A program made the translations under genes and the position numbers. 64,000 nt of DNA from an uncultured Clostridia bacterium (lineage in GTDB: Bacteria > Bacillota > Clostridia > Oscillospirales > Acutalibacteraceae). Numbering within the stretch: position 1 is the first letter of the stretch; the number at the start of each line of letters is the position of its first letter. The stretch spans positions 235-64,234 of the forward strand of contig CALWVM010000010.1 in assembly GCA_944384985.1 (NCBI GenBank), given 5' to 3'. The notes under the pieces are model-generated. The model did no database searches and had not been told where the DNA came from. It worked only from the letters and a program-made list of their open reading frames with translations. Shown here one piece after another: positions 1 to 8,963 of the stretch.

Positions 1-4
1 ACAT

Positions 5-967
5 ATGAAAACAATCGGTGTTTTGACGAGCGGCGGCGACGCGCCGGGCATGAATGCTGCGATTCGTGCAGTTGTGCGGTCCGGCTGTGAAAACGGCTTT
101 CGCGTGATGGGTATTCGCCGCGGCTACAACGGCCTTATGTACGGCGATATGTATGAAATGAATCTGAGAAGTGTTTCCAACATCATCAATCGCGGCGGTA
201 CGATCCTGTATTCTGCCCGCAGCCCCGAATTCAAGACAGAAGAGGGAATGCAAAAAGCGATTGACGTTTGCAAAGAGGTCGATATGGCGGGGATCGTCGT
301 CATCGGCGGCGACGGTTCTTTCCGCGGTGCGCGCGATCTTTCTCTGCGCGGCGTGCCCTGCGTCGGCATTCCCGGCACCATTGACAATGATATCGCCTGC
401 TGCGATTACACAGTTGGCTATGACACAGCGATGAACACGGTCATGGAAATGGTCGATCGCCTGCGCGACACGTCCGAATCGCACGACCGCTGCTCGGTTG
501 TGGAGACCATGGGCAGAAAAGCCGGGTACATCGCACTTAATGCCGGCATTGCCTGCGGCGCGACTACGATTTTGATTCCGGAAGTGCCTTTCGATTTTGA
601 ACGGGATGTGATCGAGCGTATGCGCCGCACACAGAAAGCGGGCAAACGCCACTTTATTATCATCGTTGCCGAAGGCATCGGCGGCGTCCAGGAGATGGCA
701 GAGCGCATTCAGCGTGAGACGGGTGTGGAATCCCGCGCTACGATTCTCGGCCATGTGCAGCGCGGCGGTTCGCCGACCGTGCGGGATCGTGTTGTCGGCA
801 GCCAGATGGGCTATCGCGCCGTTGAACTGCTCAAAGCAGGCATCGGCAATCGTGTTGTCGCCATGCAGAAAGATCAAATCGTGGATTTTGACATCTTTGA
901 AGCGCTCAATATGAAAAAATCCATCGATCTTGACCTTTACCGTCTGGCGCACGAGATCTCCATCTGA
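5..967 (+). CDS. pfkA: ATP-dependent 6-phosphofructokinase
   Basis: 320-aa ORF with IGVLTSGGDAPGMNAAIRAVVR, GGDGS, TIDND and MGR motifs; TGATG stop/start overlap with the next gene. Confidence 0.95.
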   Translation: MKTIGVLTSGGDAPGMNAAIRAVVRSGCENGFRVMGIRRGYNGLMYGDMYEMNLRSVSNIINRGGTILYSARSPEFKTEEGMQKAIDVCKEVDMAGIVVIGGDGSFRGARDLSLRGVPCVGIPGTIDNDIACCDYTVGYDTAMNTVMEMVDRLRDTSESHDRCSVVETMGRKAGYIALNAGIACGATTILIPEVPFDFERDVIERMRRTQKAGKRHFIIIVAEGIGGVQEMAERIQRETGVESRATILGHVQRGGSPTVRDRVVGSQMGYRAVELLKAGIGNRVVAMQKDQIVDFDIFEALNMKKSIDLDLYRLAHEISI

Positions 968-1491
968 TGCGCAATATCGTATTGATCGGAATGCCTGCCA
1001 GCGGTAAAAGCACCGTTGGCGTGCTGCTGGCCAAAACGCTCGGCGTCGGTTTTTGCGATACGGACCTGCTCATTCAGCAGCGTGAACGCCGCCTTCTGCA
1101 GCAGATCATTGATGAGGAAGGCATTGAAGCTTTTCTGGATAAGGAATGCGACGCAATCCTATCGCTTAACTGTACCGATACAGTTATTGCGACAGGCGGC
1201 AGCGCCGTCTTCCGCGCCGCGGCGATGGAAAACCTGCGCAGAAACGGAACGATCGTTTTTCTGGACGTCCCGCTTCGCGAAGTGCAGCGCAGGCTCCAGA
1301 ACATAAAAACACGCGGCGTTGCGGCGCAGAAAGGCGAGAGCGTAGAGGAGATTTACAATGAACGTCTGCCGCTGTATCGTACATATGCGGACATTACGGT
1401 CCGTGTGGACGCAGGTACGGCGGAGCATACCGTCGGCGAGATCCTGGACGCTTTAAAAAGCGCCGGAATTTTTGCTTCGGAAAGCGATTAA
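967..1491 (+). CDS. aroK: shikimate kinase
   Basis: 174-aa ORF; Walker A GMPASGKSTVG followed by FCDTD, typical AroK layout. Confidence 0.9.
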   Translation: MRNIVLIGMPASGKSTVGVLLAKTLGVGFCDTDLLIQQRERRLLQQIIDEEGIEAFLDKECDAILSLNCTDTVIATGGSAVFRAAAMENLRRNGTIVFLDVPLREVQRRLQNIKTRGVAAQKGESVEEIYNERLPLYRTYADITVRVDAGTAEHTVGEILDALKSAGIFASESD

Positions 1492-1514
1492 AATTGAAAA
1501 TTCTGTAAAAAATA

Positions 1515-1572
1515 GACTTTACGGTTGACTCGGACCATTCGGGTCAAATTCAGCCGTAAAGTCATTTTTTTT
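1515..1572 (+). terminator. intrinsic terminator after aroK
   Basis: gactttacgg (1515-1524) pairs with ccgtaaagtc (1554-1563), followed by a T8 run. Confidence 0.75.
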
Positions 1573-1641
1573 CCGCAAATAAAGCGGTTCAGACGGCATA
1601 CAGTATTAGTGCGGTTGCAAAACCGCGTGCGGAGGTGAAAA

Positions 1642-2886
1642 ATGAAGAAGCTTTTCAAGTTTTTCAGCCTTTTAGGTTTATGTATCGCCTCTGTCATCTT
1701 TGCATTCGTGTTATTCGGCGAGTTCACTATCCCCGACAGCATCCGGCTATTGGAAAACGAAGAGATTCATGTCAACGGCATTTTCTCGTTGAAGAGTTCA
1801 CAAGAAGGGGAAAACGATCCTTCTGCGGCCTCGGTAGCTTCAGTCTCTTCGGAGCCGCCGGGAAGCTATACGGTGGAAATCTCTGTCTTTGACACGATTC
1901 CGGTCAAATCCTCGACCGTTACGGTCAGCAAACGGCAGTACGTTGTGCCAAGCGGCGATATTTTCGGGGTAAAGATCTTTACAGACGGCGTTTTAGTCGT
2001 TGGTATGGATGACGTGTTTACAGCGAACGGTGCTGTGAACCCTGCAAAGGATGCCGGGCTTGAGATTGGCGACGCCGTGCTTTCCGTTGACGGTAAAACC
2101 GTTGAAACGACCGACGCGCTTTCCGAGGCACTGCATTGCGGGAACGAAAGCGTTACCCTCAAAGTGCGGCGTGGCAGCGAAACCTTTGAGACCGTGATGT
2201 CGCTTGCCCGTTCAGAAAATGACGGCAGTTTAAAAGCCGGGCTCTGGGTGCGCGACAGCACTGCAGGCGTGGGTACCATGACATTTTATAATCCACAAAC
2301 CGGTATTTTCGGCGGACTCGGCCATGCCATATGCGACCTGGATACCGGCATGGTCATGCCGCTGAAAAGCGGCGTGGCAGTGGAAACGGTCATCAGCGGC
2401 TGCTACAAGGGGAGCGCCGGCGTTACGGGCGAGCTGTGCGGTGTATTCCAGGAACAGACGCTCGGCGACCTGTTCATAAACAGTGATGCCGGCGTTTACG
2501 GGCGTCTTGCAGATTTTGATGCATCCGCAGTATCTTTGCCGGTTGCAGCAAAGAACGAGGTGAAAACCGGATACGCACAAATCATTTCCACGGTTGACGA
2601 CACCGGTCCGCACTATTATGATGTTCAGATCGTCAAAGTTTACCCGAATTCTGATGAGAACGGTAAAAATATGATCCTTGAAGTCACAGACGAAGCATTG
2701 ATCTCGAAAACAGGCGGCATCATCCAAGGGATGAGCGGCAGCCCGATCATTCAGAACGGTATGCTCGTCGGTGCGGTGACCCATGTTTTCGTCAACAATG
2801 CGCTGCAGGGGTACGGTATTTTTGCAGAAACGATGCTCAAAGAGTCCCAATCCGTGGAAACGGCGATGCTTCGACAGGCGTCATAG
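1642..2886 (+). CDS. spoIVB: SpoIVB peptidase (S55, PDZ-containing sporulation signalling protease)
   Basis: 414-aa ORF; N-terminal TM, PDZ-like segment (GLEIGDAVLSVDG) and catalytic-region motif GMSGSPIIQNGMLVGAVTHV; GGAGGTG RBS upstream of the ATG. Confidence 0.9.
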   Translation: MKKLFKFFSLLGLCIASVIFAFVLFGEFTIPDSIRLLENEEIHVNGIFSLKSSQEGENDPSAASVASVSSEPPGSYTVEISVFDTIPVKSSTVTVSKRQYVVPSGDIFGVKIFTDGVLVVGMDDVFTANGAVNPAKDAGLEIGDAVLSVDGKTVETTDALSEALHCGNESVTLKVRRGSETFETVMSLARSENDGSLKAGLWVRDSTAGVGTMTFYNPQTGIFGGLGHAICDLDTGMVMPLKSGVAVETVISGCYKGSAGVTGELCGVFQEQTLGDLFINSDAGVYGRLADFDASAVSLPVAAKNEVKTGYAQIISTVDDTGPHYYDVQIVKVYPNSDENGKNMILEVTDEALISKTGGIIQGMSGSPIIQNGMLVGAVTHVFVNNALQGYGIFAETMLKESQSVETAMLRQAS

Positions 2887-2898
2887 CGCAGGTGGCTT

Positions 2899-2938
2899 AG
2901 GGTGCGCGGTGTTTTACCGCGCACCCTTTGTTCGTTTT
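2899..2938 (+). terminator. intrinsic terminator after spoIVB
   Basis: agggtgcgcgg / ccgcgcaccct 11-bp stem followed by a T-rich tail. Confidence 0.8.
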
Positions 2939-3047
2939 GCAGTATGCCTTTGCCCCGGTGTCGGCTGCCGCTGTTGCCGCATGTTCTGCGTGCTTTGGCT
3001 CTTCCTGTTTGATTGATGATTTTTTTGCGTAATTTGCAAATTTATAC

Positions 3048-3076
3048 TTGCCAAATATTAACAGATATGGTAAAAT
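3048..3076 (+). promoter_or_regulatory. sigma-A-like promoter upstream of spo0A
   Basis: TTGCCA, 17 nt, TAAAAT, with TGg immediately upstream of the -10 (extended -10). Confidence 0.5.
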
Positions 3077-3108
3077 ATGGCAGAATTCAAAACAGGAGGT
3101 TGTTTTCG

Positions 3109-3888
3109 ATGGAAAAAACATTGAAAATTTTGTTTACGGAGGAGCAAAACAGTTTTGGACGCAACTGCACACAGGCGCTTAAAAATCGCGGGTACGATGT
3201 AAAACTGGCAAGTAAAAACGGGTCGGAAGTTCTGCGGCTCGTACAAAGCGAACAGCCGGATGTTGTCATCATGGATGCGATCATGGCGTCAATGGATGCA
3301 CTCGGCGTACTCACGCAGTTGCAGAAAAATCCGCCGAAAAAACGCCCGGTGGTCATGGTGATCTCGGGCGTAGACAATCAGCGTTTTGAAAATGAGGTGC
3401 TGCAAGCCGGTGCGGATTATTATTTTCTAAAGCCGTTTGACGTGCAGATGCTCGCGGAACGCGTTTCCATGATGACTGACTGGCGGCAGTCGGGCGGCAA
3501 GCCGGATGCAGCGGCTTCCGGACATATCAGCGATTCAGAGCTGGAAGTGCTTGTCAGCGATATTATGCGCCAGATTGGCGTTCCGGCACATATCAAGGGC
3601 TATCAGTATCTGCGTGAGGCGATCATACTTTCCATTCATGATACGGAAATGATGAATTCTGTGACCAAGGTTTTGTACCCGACGGTCGCCAAACGCTTTT
3701 CCACAACCTCCTCCCGCGTAGAACGAGCCATTCGACATGCCATCGAAGTTGCCTGGGATCGCGGCGATGTAGATGTGCTCAGTTCCTATTTCGGATATAC
3801 CATTCAGAATTCCCGCGGAAAGCCGACCAATTCGGAATTCATCGCCATGATTAGCGATAAGCTGCGCTTACAGCTGAAAATCGCCTGA
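3109..3888 (+). CDS. spo0A: sporulation master regulator Spo0A
   Basis: C-terminal signature [18 protein letters not shown] and [12 protein letters not shown]; receiver domain with phospho-acceptor Asp (VVIMDAIM) and FLKPF. The ATG at 3109 is preceded by AGGAGG at 3094-3099; the ORF-track start at 3013 is an upstream extension. Confidence 0.93.
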   Translation: MEKTLKILFTEEQNSFGRNCTQALKNRGYDVKLASKNGSEVLRLVQSEQPDVVIMDAIMASMDALGVLTQLQKNPPKKRPVVMVISGVDNQRFENEVLQAGADYYFLKPFDVQMLAERVSMMTDWRQSGGKPDAAASGHISDSELEVLVSDIMRQIGVPAHIKGYQYLREAIILSIHDTEMMNSVTKVLYPTVAKRFSTTSSRVERAIRHAIEVAWDRGDVDVLSSYFGYTIQNSRGKPTNSEFIAMISDKLRLQLKIA

Positions 3889-4344
3889 TTTCCATACAAA
3901 ACATAAAGCCCGCCCCGTACTGTTTCTTTCCGTACGGGGCGGGTAAGTTATTCCGTATTTCTTGTCACTTTGTACATTCCGGTTTATCTTTTTTCCCTTT
4001 TCTTTCCTTTTCTTTTCTTTGGCTTTTATCAGTAGGTTAACATTTTTAATATAAACATTATAAGCCATTCTCCAGTTTCTAACAGGATGATATAGACTTA
4101 TAAATATAGAAAAGAACAAAAATGTTGTTCCCCCAATATAGTAATTGTTTGCGGTGTAATTCTTTATTACTAAACAAAATAATAGAATTACCCAAATAAA
4201 AAGAGTTGCATAATATATGAATTTATTTTTAGCAACGAACGAAAAATACTTTATTTTGATATCAAACTTATAATCTAATCGCTCAAATAAAATAAAAGTT
4301 ATTACGATTGTCATGACCATAATAACAAATGCTAATATTTTCAA
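3868..4344 (-). CDS. hypothetical small membrane protein (3 predicted TM segments, Lys-rich tail) in an AT-rich island
   Basis: Open frame of 158 codons in about 24% G+C DNA. TTG at 4344 lies 7 nt after AAAGGTGA and overlaps the dusB TGA (TTGA). Alternative ATG at 4320. No family recognised. Confidence 0.55.
   Translation of the reverse strand: MKILAFVIMVMTIVITFILFERLDYKFDIKIKYFSFVAKNKFIYYATLFIWVILLFCLVIKNYTANNYYIGGTTFLFFSIFISLYHPVRNWRMAYNVYIKNVNLLIKAKEKKRKEKGKKINRNVQSDKKYGITYPPRTERNSTGRALCFVWKSGDFQL
3909..3943. terminator. bidirectional intrinsic terminator between spo0A and the AT-rich ORF
   Basis: Perfect 12-bp stem cccgccccgtac / gtacggggcggg with an 11-nt loop; T-rich flank on both strands. 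Confidence 0.8.
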
Positions 4345-5330
4345 TACTGGGTCACCTTTAAATTGCTGTTTCCCAATATGATTTTTTCTGCGATTTCCCT
4401 CAGCGCGCTTACGCTTTCCAGTGTGCTCAAATCTTGTCTGTAATGCGCCGCGCCGCGGATGCCTTTTACATACCAGGCGGCGTGCTTGCGCGCTTCGCGT
4501 ATGCCGATTCGTTCCCCCTTGTATTCGCATATCTTCTGAATATGTGCGCACATCACGTGCATACGTTCTTCGACCGGCGGGTCAGCGAGCAGCGTACCGT
4601 CGCGCAAGTATGCGTTGATTTGCTCGAATACCCACGGCCGACCAAGCGCACCGCGCCCGACCATTAAAAAGTCGCAGCCTGTCTTAGCGAGCATCTGCGC
4701 CGCCGAAAGGCCGTCTGTAATATCCCCATTGCCGATCACGGGGATTTGCACATGGCGCTTTACTTCAGCAATGCTTTCTAAAAGCACAGGCGGTGCATAC
4801 ATCTGCCGGCGTGTTCTGCCGTGCACGGTAATGGCTGCTGCGCCTGCCTGTTCGGCACGCTGTGCCATTTCCACAGCGTTGAGATGTTCCTCGTCCCAGC
4901 CGGCGCGTATCTTTACCGTGACCGGTACGTCTCCGCAAGCGCGCACAACAGCGGCAACGATCTTTTCGGCGAGCTGCGGGTGCTGCATAAGTGCTGCGCC
5001 GCCGCCGTTGCCTGCGATTTTTGGGGCGGGGCAGCCCATGTTGATGTCCACAAACTGCGGACGGGTTTCCAACACCGTTTCTACGCTGCGCGCCATGATC
5101 TCCGGATCGCTGCCGAAAATCTGCACCCCGGCGGGGCGTTCGGCATCGGACAACTGCATGAGCGACTTTGATTTTCGGTCGCCCATCGAAACGCCTTTGG
5201 CGCTGATCATTTCCGACACCGTGTAGGCTGCGCCGTAGGAGACGCACAATTCTCGAAACGCACGGTCCGCCACGCCCGCCATGGGCGCGAGTGCCGCAAA
5301 GCCGTGCAGGGCTGTATTTCCGATCTGCAT
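4341..5330 (-). CDS. dusB: tRNA-dihydrouridine synthase
   Basis: 329-aa ORF; LAPMAGVADRAFRELC, DINMGCP and TVHGRTR motifs of the Dus family. Confidence 0.9.
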   Translation of the reverse strand: MQIGNTALHGFAALAPMAGVADRAFRELCVSYGAAYTVSEMISAKGVSMGDRKSKSLMQLSDAERPAGVQIFGSDPEIMARSVETVLETRPQFVDINMGCPAPKIAGNGGGAALMQHPQLAEKIVAAVVRACGDVPVTVKIRAGWDEEHLNAVEMAQRAEQAGAAAITVHGRTRRQMYAPPVLLESIAEVKRHVQIPVIGNGDITDGLSAAQMLAKTGCDFLMVGRGALGRPWVFEQINAYLRDGTLLADPPVEERMHVMCAHIQKICEYKGERIGIREARKHAAWYVKGIRGAAHYRQDLSTLESVSALREIAEKIILGNSNLKVTQY

Positions 5331-5377
5331 AAACTTTCATCCGTTCTGTTGGTCTGAATATCTTGATAAACACAGCA

Positions 5378-5406
5378 AGTATAACACACTTTATTTTTGC
5401 GCACAA
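5378..5406 (-). promoter_or_regulatory. sigma-A-like promoter for dusB
   Basis: On the minus strand: TTGTGC, 17 nt, TATACT with TGt extended -10. Confidence 0.45.
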
Positions 5407-5524
5407 CCGAAAATTCCCGTGCATTTCGCCGACAAGTATGGTATATTAAAACATAGAACTAAAGGTAAATTTTTTCGTTCAAAAGATCACGGTAAGACGG
5501 CAGTGCTGTTTTACCGGTGCAGAG

Positions 5525-8095
5525 GTGATTCCATTGAAGCTGTTGGTTCTCGACGGCAACAGCATATTCAACCGCGCGTTTTACGGCATTAAGCTGTTGA
5601 CGACCAAGGACGGACGGTATACAAATGCCATTTACGGCTTTGTGAACATCCTCTTAAAGCTGGAGGAGGATGTTGCGCCGGATGCTGTGGCGATTACGTT
5701 CGATCTGAAAGGCCCGACTTTTCGCCACCGGCTGTATGACGGCTATAAAGCGACACGCAAGGGTATGCCGCCCGAACTTGCCGAGCAGATGCCCGTGCTC
5801 AAAGAGCTGTTGGCTGCGCTCGGTTACAAGATCGTAACGAAAGAGGGCTATGAGGCGGATGACATCATCGGTACGCTTTCCGCGCATGTTGGGGAGCAGA
5901 ACACCTGTTATATCGCCACGGGCGACCGTGACAGCCTGCAACTGGTGCGCGACAATGTGCAGGTACTGCTCACCTCCACAAAAGCGGGGCGAAGCGAAAC
6001 CACAGCCTATGACATCGCGCGCATTCGTGAGGAATACGGTGTTACGCCCCGGCAGATGATCGATATCAAGGCGCTTATGGGCGACAGTTCTGACAATATC
6101 CCCGGTGTCGCGGGCATCGGCAAAAAGACGGCGGAAGATCTCGTGCAGCGTTTCGGCTCGCTGGATGCAATCTACGCTTCCATCGATTCTCTGGATATTA
6201 AGCCCGGTGTGCGTCAAAAGCTCCTGAATGATAAGGATATGGCGTATTTAAGCTATAAGCTTGGCACGATTGACTTAAATGTCCCGGTGGATACCGATCT
6301 TACCGCCTATCAAAAGGATGCACCCAATGTCCAGGAGGCGACGGCTCTGCTCGTGTCGCTGGAGATGTTCAAGATCCTTGAAAAGTTGCATTTCGGGGAT
6401 GCCCCGAAACCGGAGAAGCCCTTGCAGCCTGTGGAAAAATTGCCGTTTTCGCAAGGCCTGACGGATCGTGCAGCGGTCCTCTGCGACGGCGGCGTATATT
6501 TTACTTTGTGCGGGCAGACCGCATATTTTCGCGCGGCACAGTCGGTCGTGGAGGCGGACCTGAATGATGCAAAACAGAAGGTCGAATTTTTGACGCTTTT
6601 GGCGGACAACACGGTGCCGAAATATGTGTATTCCTCGAAAGAGGTCTTCGCGTTTGCCTTCCGGAACAATGCCGAGGCGCAGAACATCTGCATGGACGTC
6701 ACGCTTGCAGCTTATCTGCTCAACCCAAACGCCAAGGATTATGCACTGCATCGGCTCATTCAGGAGTATTGCCCACGGGCGGCTTGTGCGGATACGGAGA
6801 ACGAGGTGGCGAGTGATTGTACCAATCTGCCGTCACTTTGTGAAAAACTCTCTGTGAGGCTGGAAGCGTGCGGGCAGACACAACTGCTCGAAAATATGGA
6901 AATCCCGCTTGCCGAGGTGCTCGCCTCTATGGAGCGCGTCGGAGTTCTGGTGGATAAAGCGGGTATCGAGCGGTTTTCTGAAATGCTTTCCGGAAAAATC
7001 GATGCGGCGCAGGCGAAGATCTATGAACTGGCGGGGGAGGAATTCAATATCAATTCGCCCAAGCAGCTGGGGGAGATCTTGTTTGACAAGCTGCATCTGC
7101 CGGCCAAAAAGAAAACCAAGACCGGGTATTCCACCAACGCCGAAGTGCTGGAAGGGCTCGCCGATGAATACGAGATCGTCCGGCTGATTCTCGATTATCG
7201 CACGCTTACGAAACTCAAGTCAACTTATTGCGACGGGCTTTTGAAAGTGATCGGTGAAGATGGGCGGATCCATTCCAGCTTTAACCAGACCGAAACACGC
7301 ACGGGGCGGATCTCCTCTGCGGAACCGAATTTGCAAAATATTCCGGTTCGCCAGGAACTCGGGCGTGAGATGCGGCGTTTCTTTATCGCGGGCGAGGGGA
7401 ATCTGCTGGTGGATGCGGACTACTCGCAGATCGAACTGCGCGTGCTTGCGGATATTTCAGGCGACCAGGCAATGATCGACGCCTTTAACGCCGATACCGA
7501 TATCCACACCGTTACCGCGTCGCAGGTGTTTCATATGCCGCCGCAGATGGTCACGCCTTTGATGCGCAGCCGCGCTAAAGCGGTCAACTTCGGCATCGTG
7601 TACGGCATTGGCGCGTTTTCGTTGAGCAAGGACATCGGTGTTACCCGCGCCGAAGCGGACAAATACATCAAGGACTATCTGCACCATTACGCGGGCGTGA
7701 ACCGCTATATGGAACAGGTTGTCGCGCAGGCCAAAAAGGACGGCTATGTCACAACACGGTTTGCCCGTCGCCGGTATCTGCCAGAGCTTGCTTCCTCCAA
7801 CGCCATGCTGCGTGCATTCGGCGAACGCGTGGCGCGCAACATGCCCATTCAGGGTACGGCGGCGGACATCATCAAAATCGCCATGATCCGCGTCTACCGC
7901 CGCTTAAAGGAAGAAAATATGCGCGCACAGCTGATTTTACAGGTGCATGACGAACTGATTGTCGAAGCGCCTGAAGAGGAAGCAGAAAAGGCGGCACAGA
8001 TCGTTTCGCGGGAAATGGAAAACGCCTGTGAAATGAAAGTACGCTTAAAAAGCGACGCAAACATCGGAAAAACATGGTATGACGCAAAGGGATGA
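5525..8095 (+). CDS. polA: DNA polymerase I
   Basis: 856-aa ORF (GTG start); 5-prime nuclease N-terminus (LLVLDGNSIFNRAFY), polymerase motifs DYSQIELRVLA, RAKAVNFGIVYG and QVHDELIVE. Confidence 0.95.
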   Translation: MIPLKLLVLDGNSIFNRAFYGIKLLTTKDGRYTNAIYGFVNILLKLEEDVAPDAVAITFDLKGPTFRHRLYDGYKATRKGMPPELAEQMPVLKELLAALGYKIVTKEGYEADDIIGTLSAHVGEQNTCYIATGDRDSLQLVRDNVQVLLTSTKAGRSETTAYDIARIREEYGVTPRQMIDIKALMGDSSDNIPGVAGIGKKTAEDLVQRFGSLDAIYASIDSLDIKPGVRQKLLNDKDMAYLSYKLGTIDLNVPVDTDLTAYQKDAPNVQEATALLVSLEMFKILEKLHFGDAPKPEKPLQPVEKLPFSQGLTDRAAVLCDGGVYFTLCGQTAYFRAAQSVVEADLNDAKQKVEFLTLLADNTVPKYVYSSKEVFAFAFRNNAEAQNICMDVTLAAYLLNPNAKDYALHRLIQEYCPRAACADTENEVASDCTNLPSLCEKLSVRLEACGQTQLLENMEIPLAEVLASMERVGVLVDKAGIERFSEMLSGKIDAAQAKIYELAGEEFNINSPKQLGEILFDKLHLPAKKKTKTGYSTNAEVLEGLADEYEIVRLILDYRTLTKLKSTYCDGLLKVIGEDGRIHSSFNQTETRTGRISSAEPNLQNIPVRQELGREMRRFFIAGEGNLLVDADYSQIELRVLADISGDQAMIDAFNADTDIHTVTASQVFHMPPQMVTPLMRSRAKAVNFGIVYGIGAFSLSKDIGVTRAEADKYIKDYLHHYAGVNRYMEQVVAQAKKDGYVTTRFARRRYLPELASSNAMLRAFGERVARNMPIQGTAADIIKIAMIRVYRRLKEENMRAQLILQVHDELIVEAPEEEAEKAAQIVSREMENACEMKVRLKSDANIGKTWYDAKG

Positions 8096-8099
8096 CAAA

Positions 8100-8963
8100 A
8101 TGCTTCGAGTGATTTTTGTCTGTACGGGCAACACTTGCCGCAGTCCGATGGCGGAAGGGCTGTTTCGCCTGTATTTGCAGCGAATGGATTTGCAGGATTG
8201 CGCAGTAGTCGAGAGCGCCGGGCTTGCTGCTGCAGGGGGTATGCCGCCTTCGGAAAACGCCGTGAAAGCGGCGGCTGCACACGGCGCAGATATCGCGGCG
8301 CACCGCGCACGGCAGCTGCAGGCGGACGACCTGACGCCGGACGCTCGGTTTGTGTGCATGACGGCGCAGCATGCAGCCGTACTGCAAAACGCGGGCGTCC
8401 CTGCAGAACATATTTTCGCGCTTTCCGTTTCGGATCCGTTTATGGGCGATGAAGCCGTGTACAGGCGCTGCGCCGAACAGTTGGCTGCTTCCATGCCGCA
8501 GGTGTTCCGCTTTGTATTCGGCTGCGACGGTGTGCGCCGGATGCAGACAGGCGACGTGCTGGCGGTCGCTGCTTTGGAACAGGCTTGCTTCGCGCATCCC
8601 TGGAGCGCGGATGCGCTTCGCGAATCTCTGGAAAATCCCAACTCCCGTTTTTTTGTGCTTTTGTCGGACAGCGCGGTGGTGGGCTACATCGGTGCAAACA
8701 ACGTTGCGGGCGAAGTCTATATGAATAATCTTGCCGTTCTTCCCGAGTTCCGCCGCCGCGGTTTCGGCGGGCTGCTTTTGTCTGCACTTATCTCTGTGTC
8801 ACGCGCCCAGCAGGCGGCATTTGTTACGCTGGAGGTGCGTGCGGGGAACGAAGCTGCCGTTTCACTGTATCGTACCTTTGGATTTCAGCAGGTGGGGGTG
8901 CGGAAAAACTTTTATCGCGATCCCGATGAAGACGCTTTGATTTTGACGTTCCCTTTGGCCTGA
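8100..8963 (+). CDS. fusion protein: low-molecular-weight protein phosphatase domain plus RimI-type GNAT N-acetyltransferase domain
   Basis: N-terminal VIFVCTGNTCRSPMAEG (CX5R-S P-loop) and SDPF general-acid motif. C-terminal half LAVLPEFRRRGFGGLLL...LEVRAGNEAAVSLYRTFGF is RimI-like. The ATG at 8100 follows the polA stop; the ORF-track start at 8079 overlaps polA. Confidence 0.8.
   Translation: MLRVIFVCTGNTCRSPMAEGLFRLYLQRMDLQDCAVVESAGLAAAGGMPPSENAVKAAAAHGADIAAHRARQLQADDLTPDARFVCMTAQHAAVLQNAGVPAEHIFALSVSDPFMGDEAVYRRCAEQLAASMPQVFRFVFGCDGVRRMQTGDVLAVAALEQACFAHPWSADALRESLENPNSRFFVLLSDSAVVGYIGANNVAGEVYMNNLAVLPEFRRRGFGGLLLSALISVSRAQQAAFVTLEVRAGNEAAVSLYRTFGFQQVGVRKNFYRDPDEDALILTFPLA

Noticed and set aside
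1573-1641. Sigma-F/G promoter for spoIVB (GCATA at about 1603)
   Set aside because: The -35-like GCATA is not followed by an acceptable CATnnTA or GGnnAnAnT -10 at the right spacing, so I cannot support a call.
3013-3108. N-terminal extension of spo0A in the ORF track (similar extensions occur at 35424, 35791, 54786, 56096, 17602, 48375 and 62471-63199)
   Set aside because: In each case an internal start with a proper SD coincides with the conserved N-terminus of the family. The extension runs through an upstream gene, promoter or terminator.
5281-5592. 103-aa + strand ORF spanning the dusB-polA intergenic region
   Set aside because: It begins inside dusB on the opposite strand and crosses both divergent promoters into polA. 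It has no SD and a low-complexity translation.
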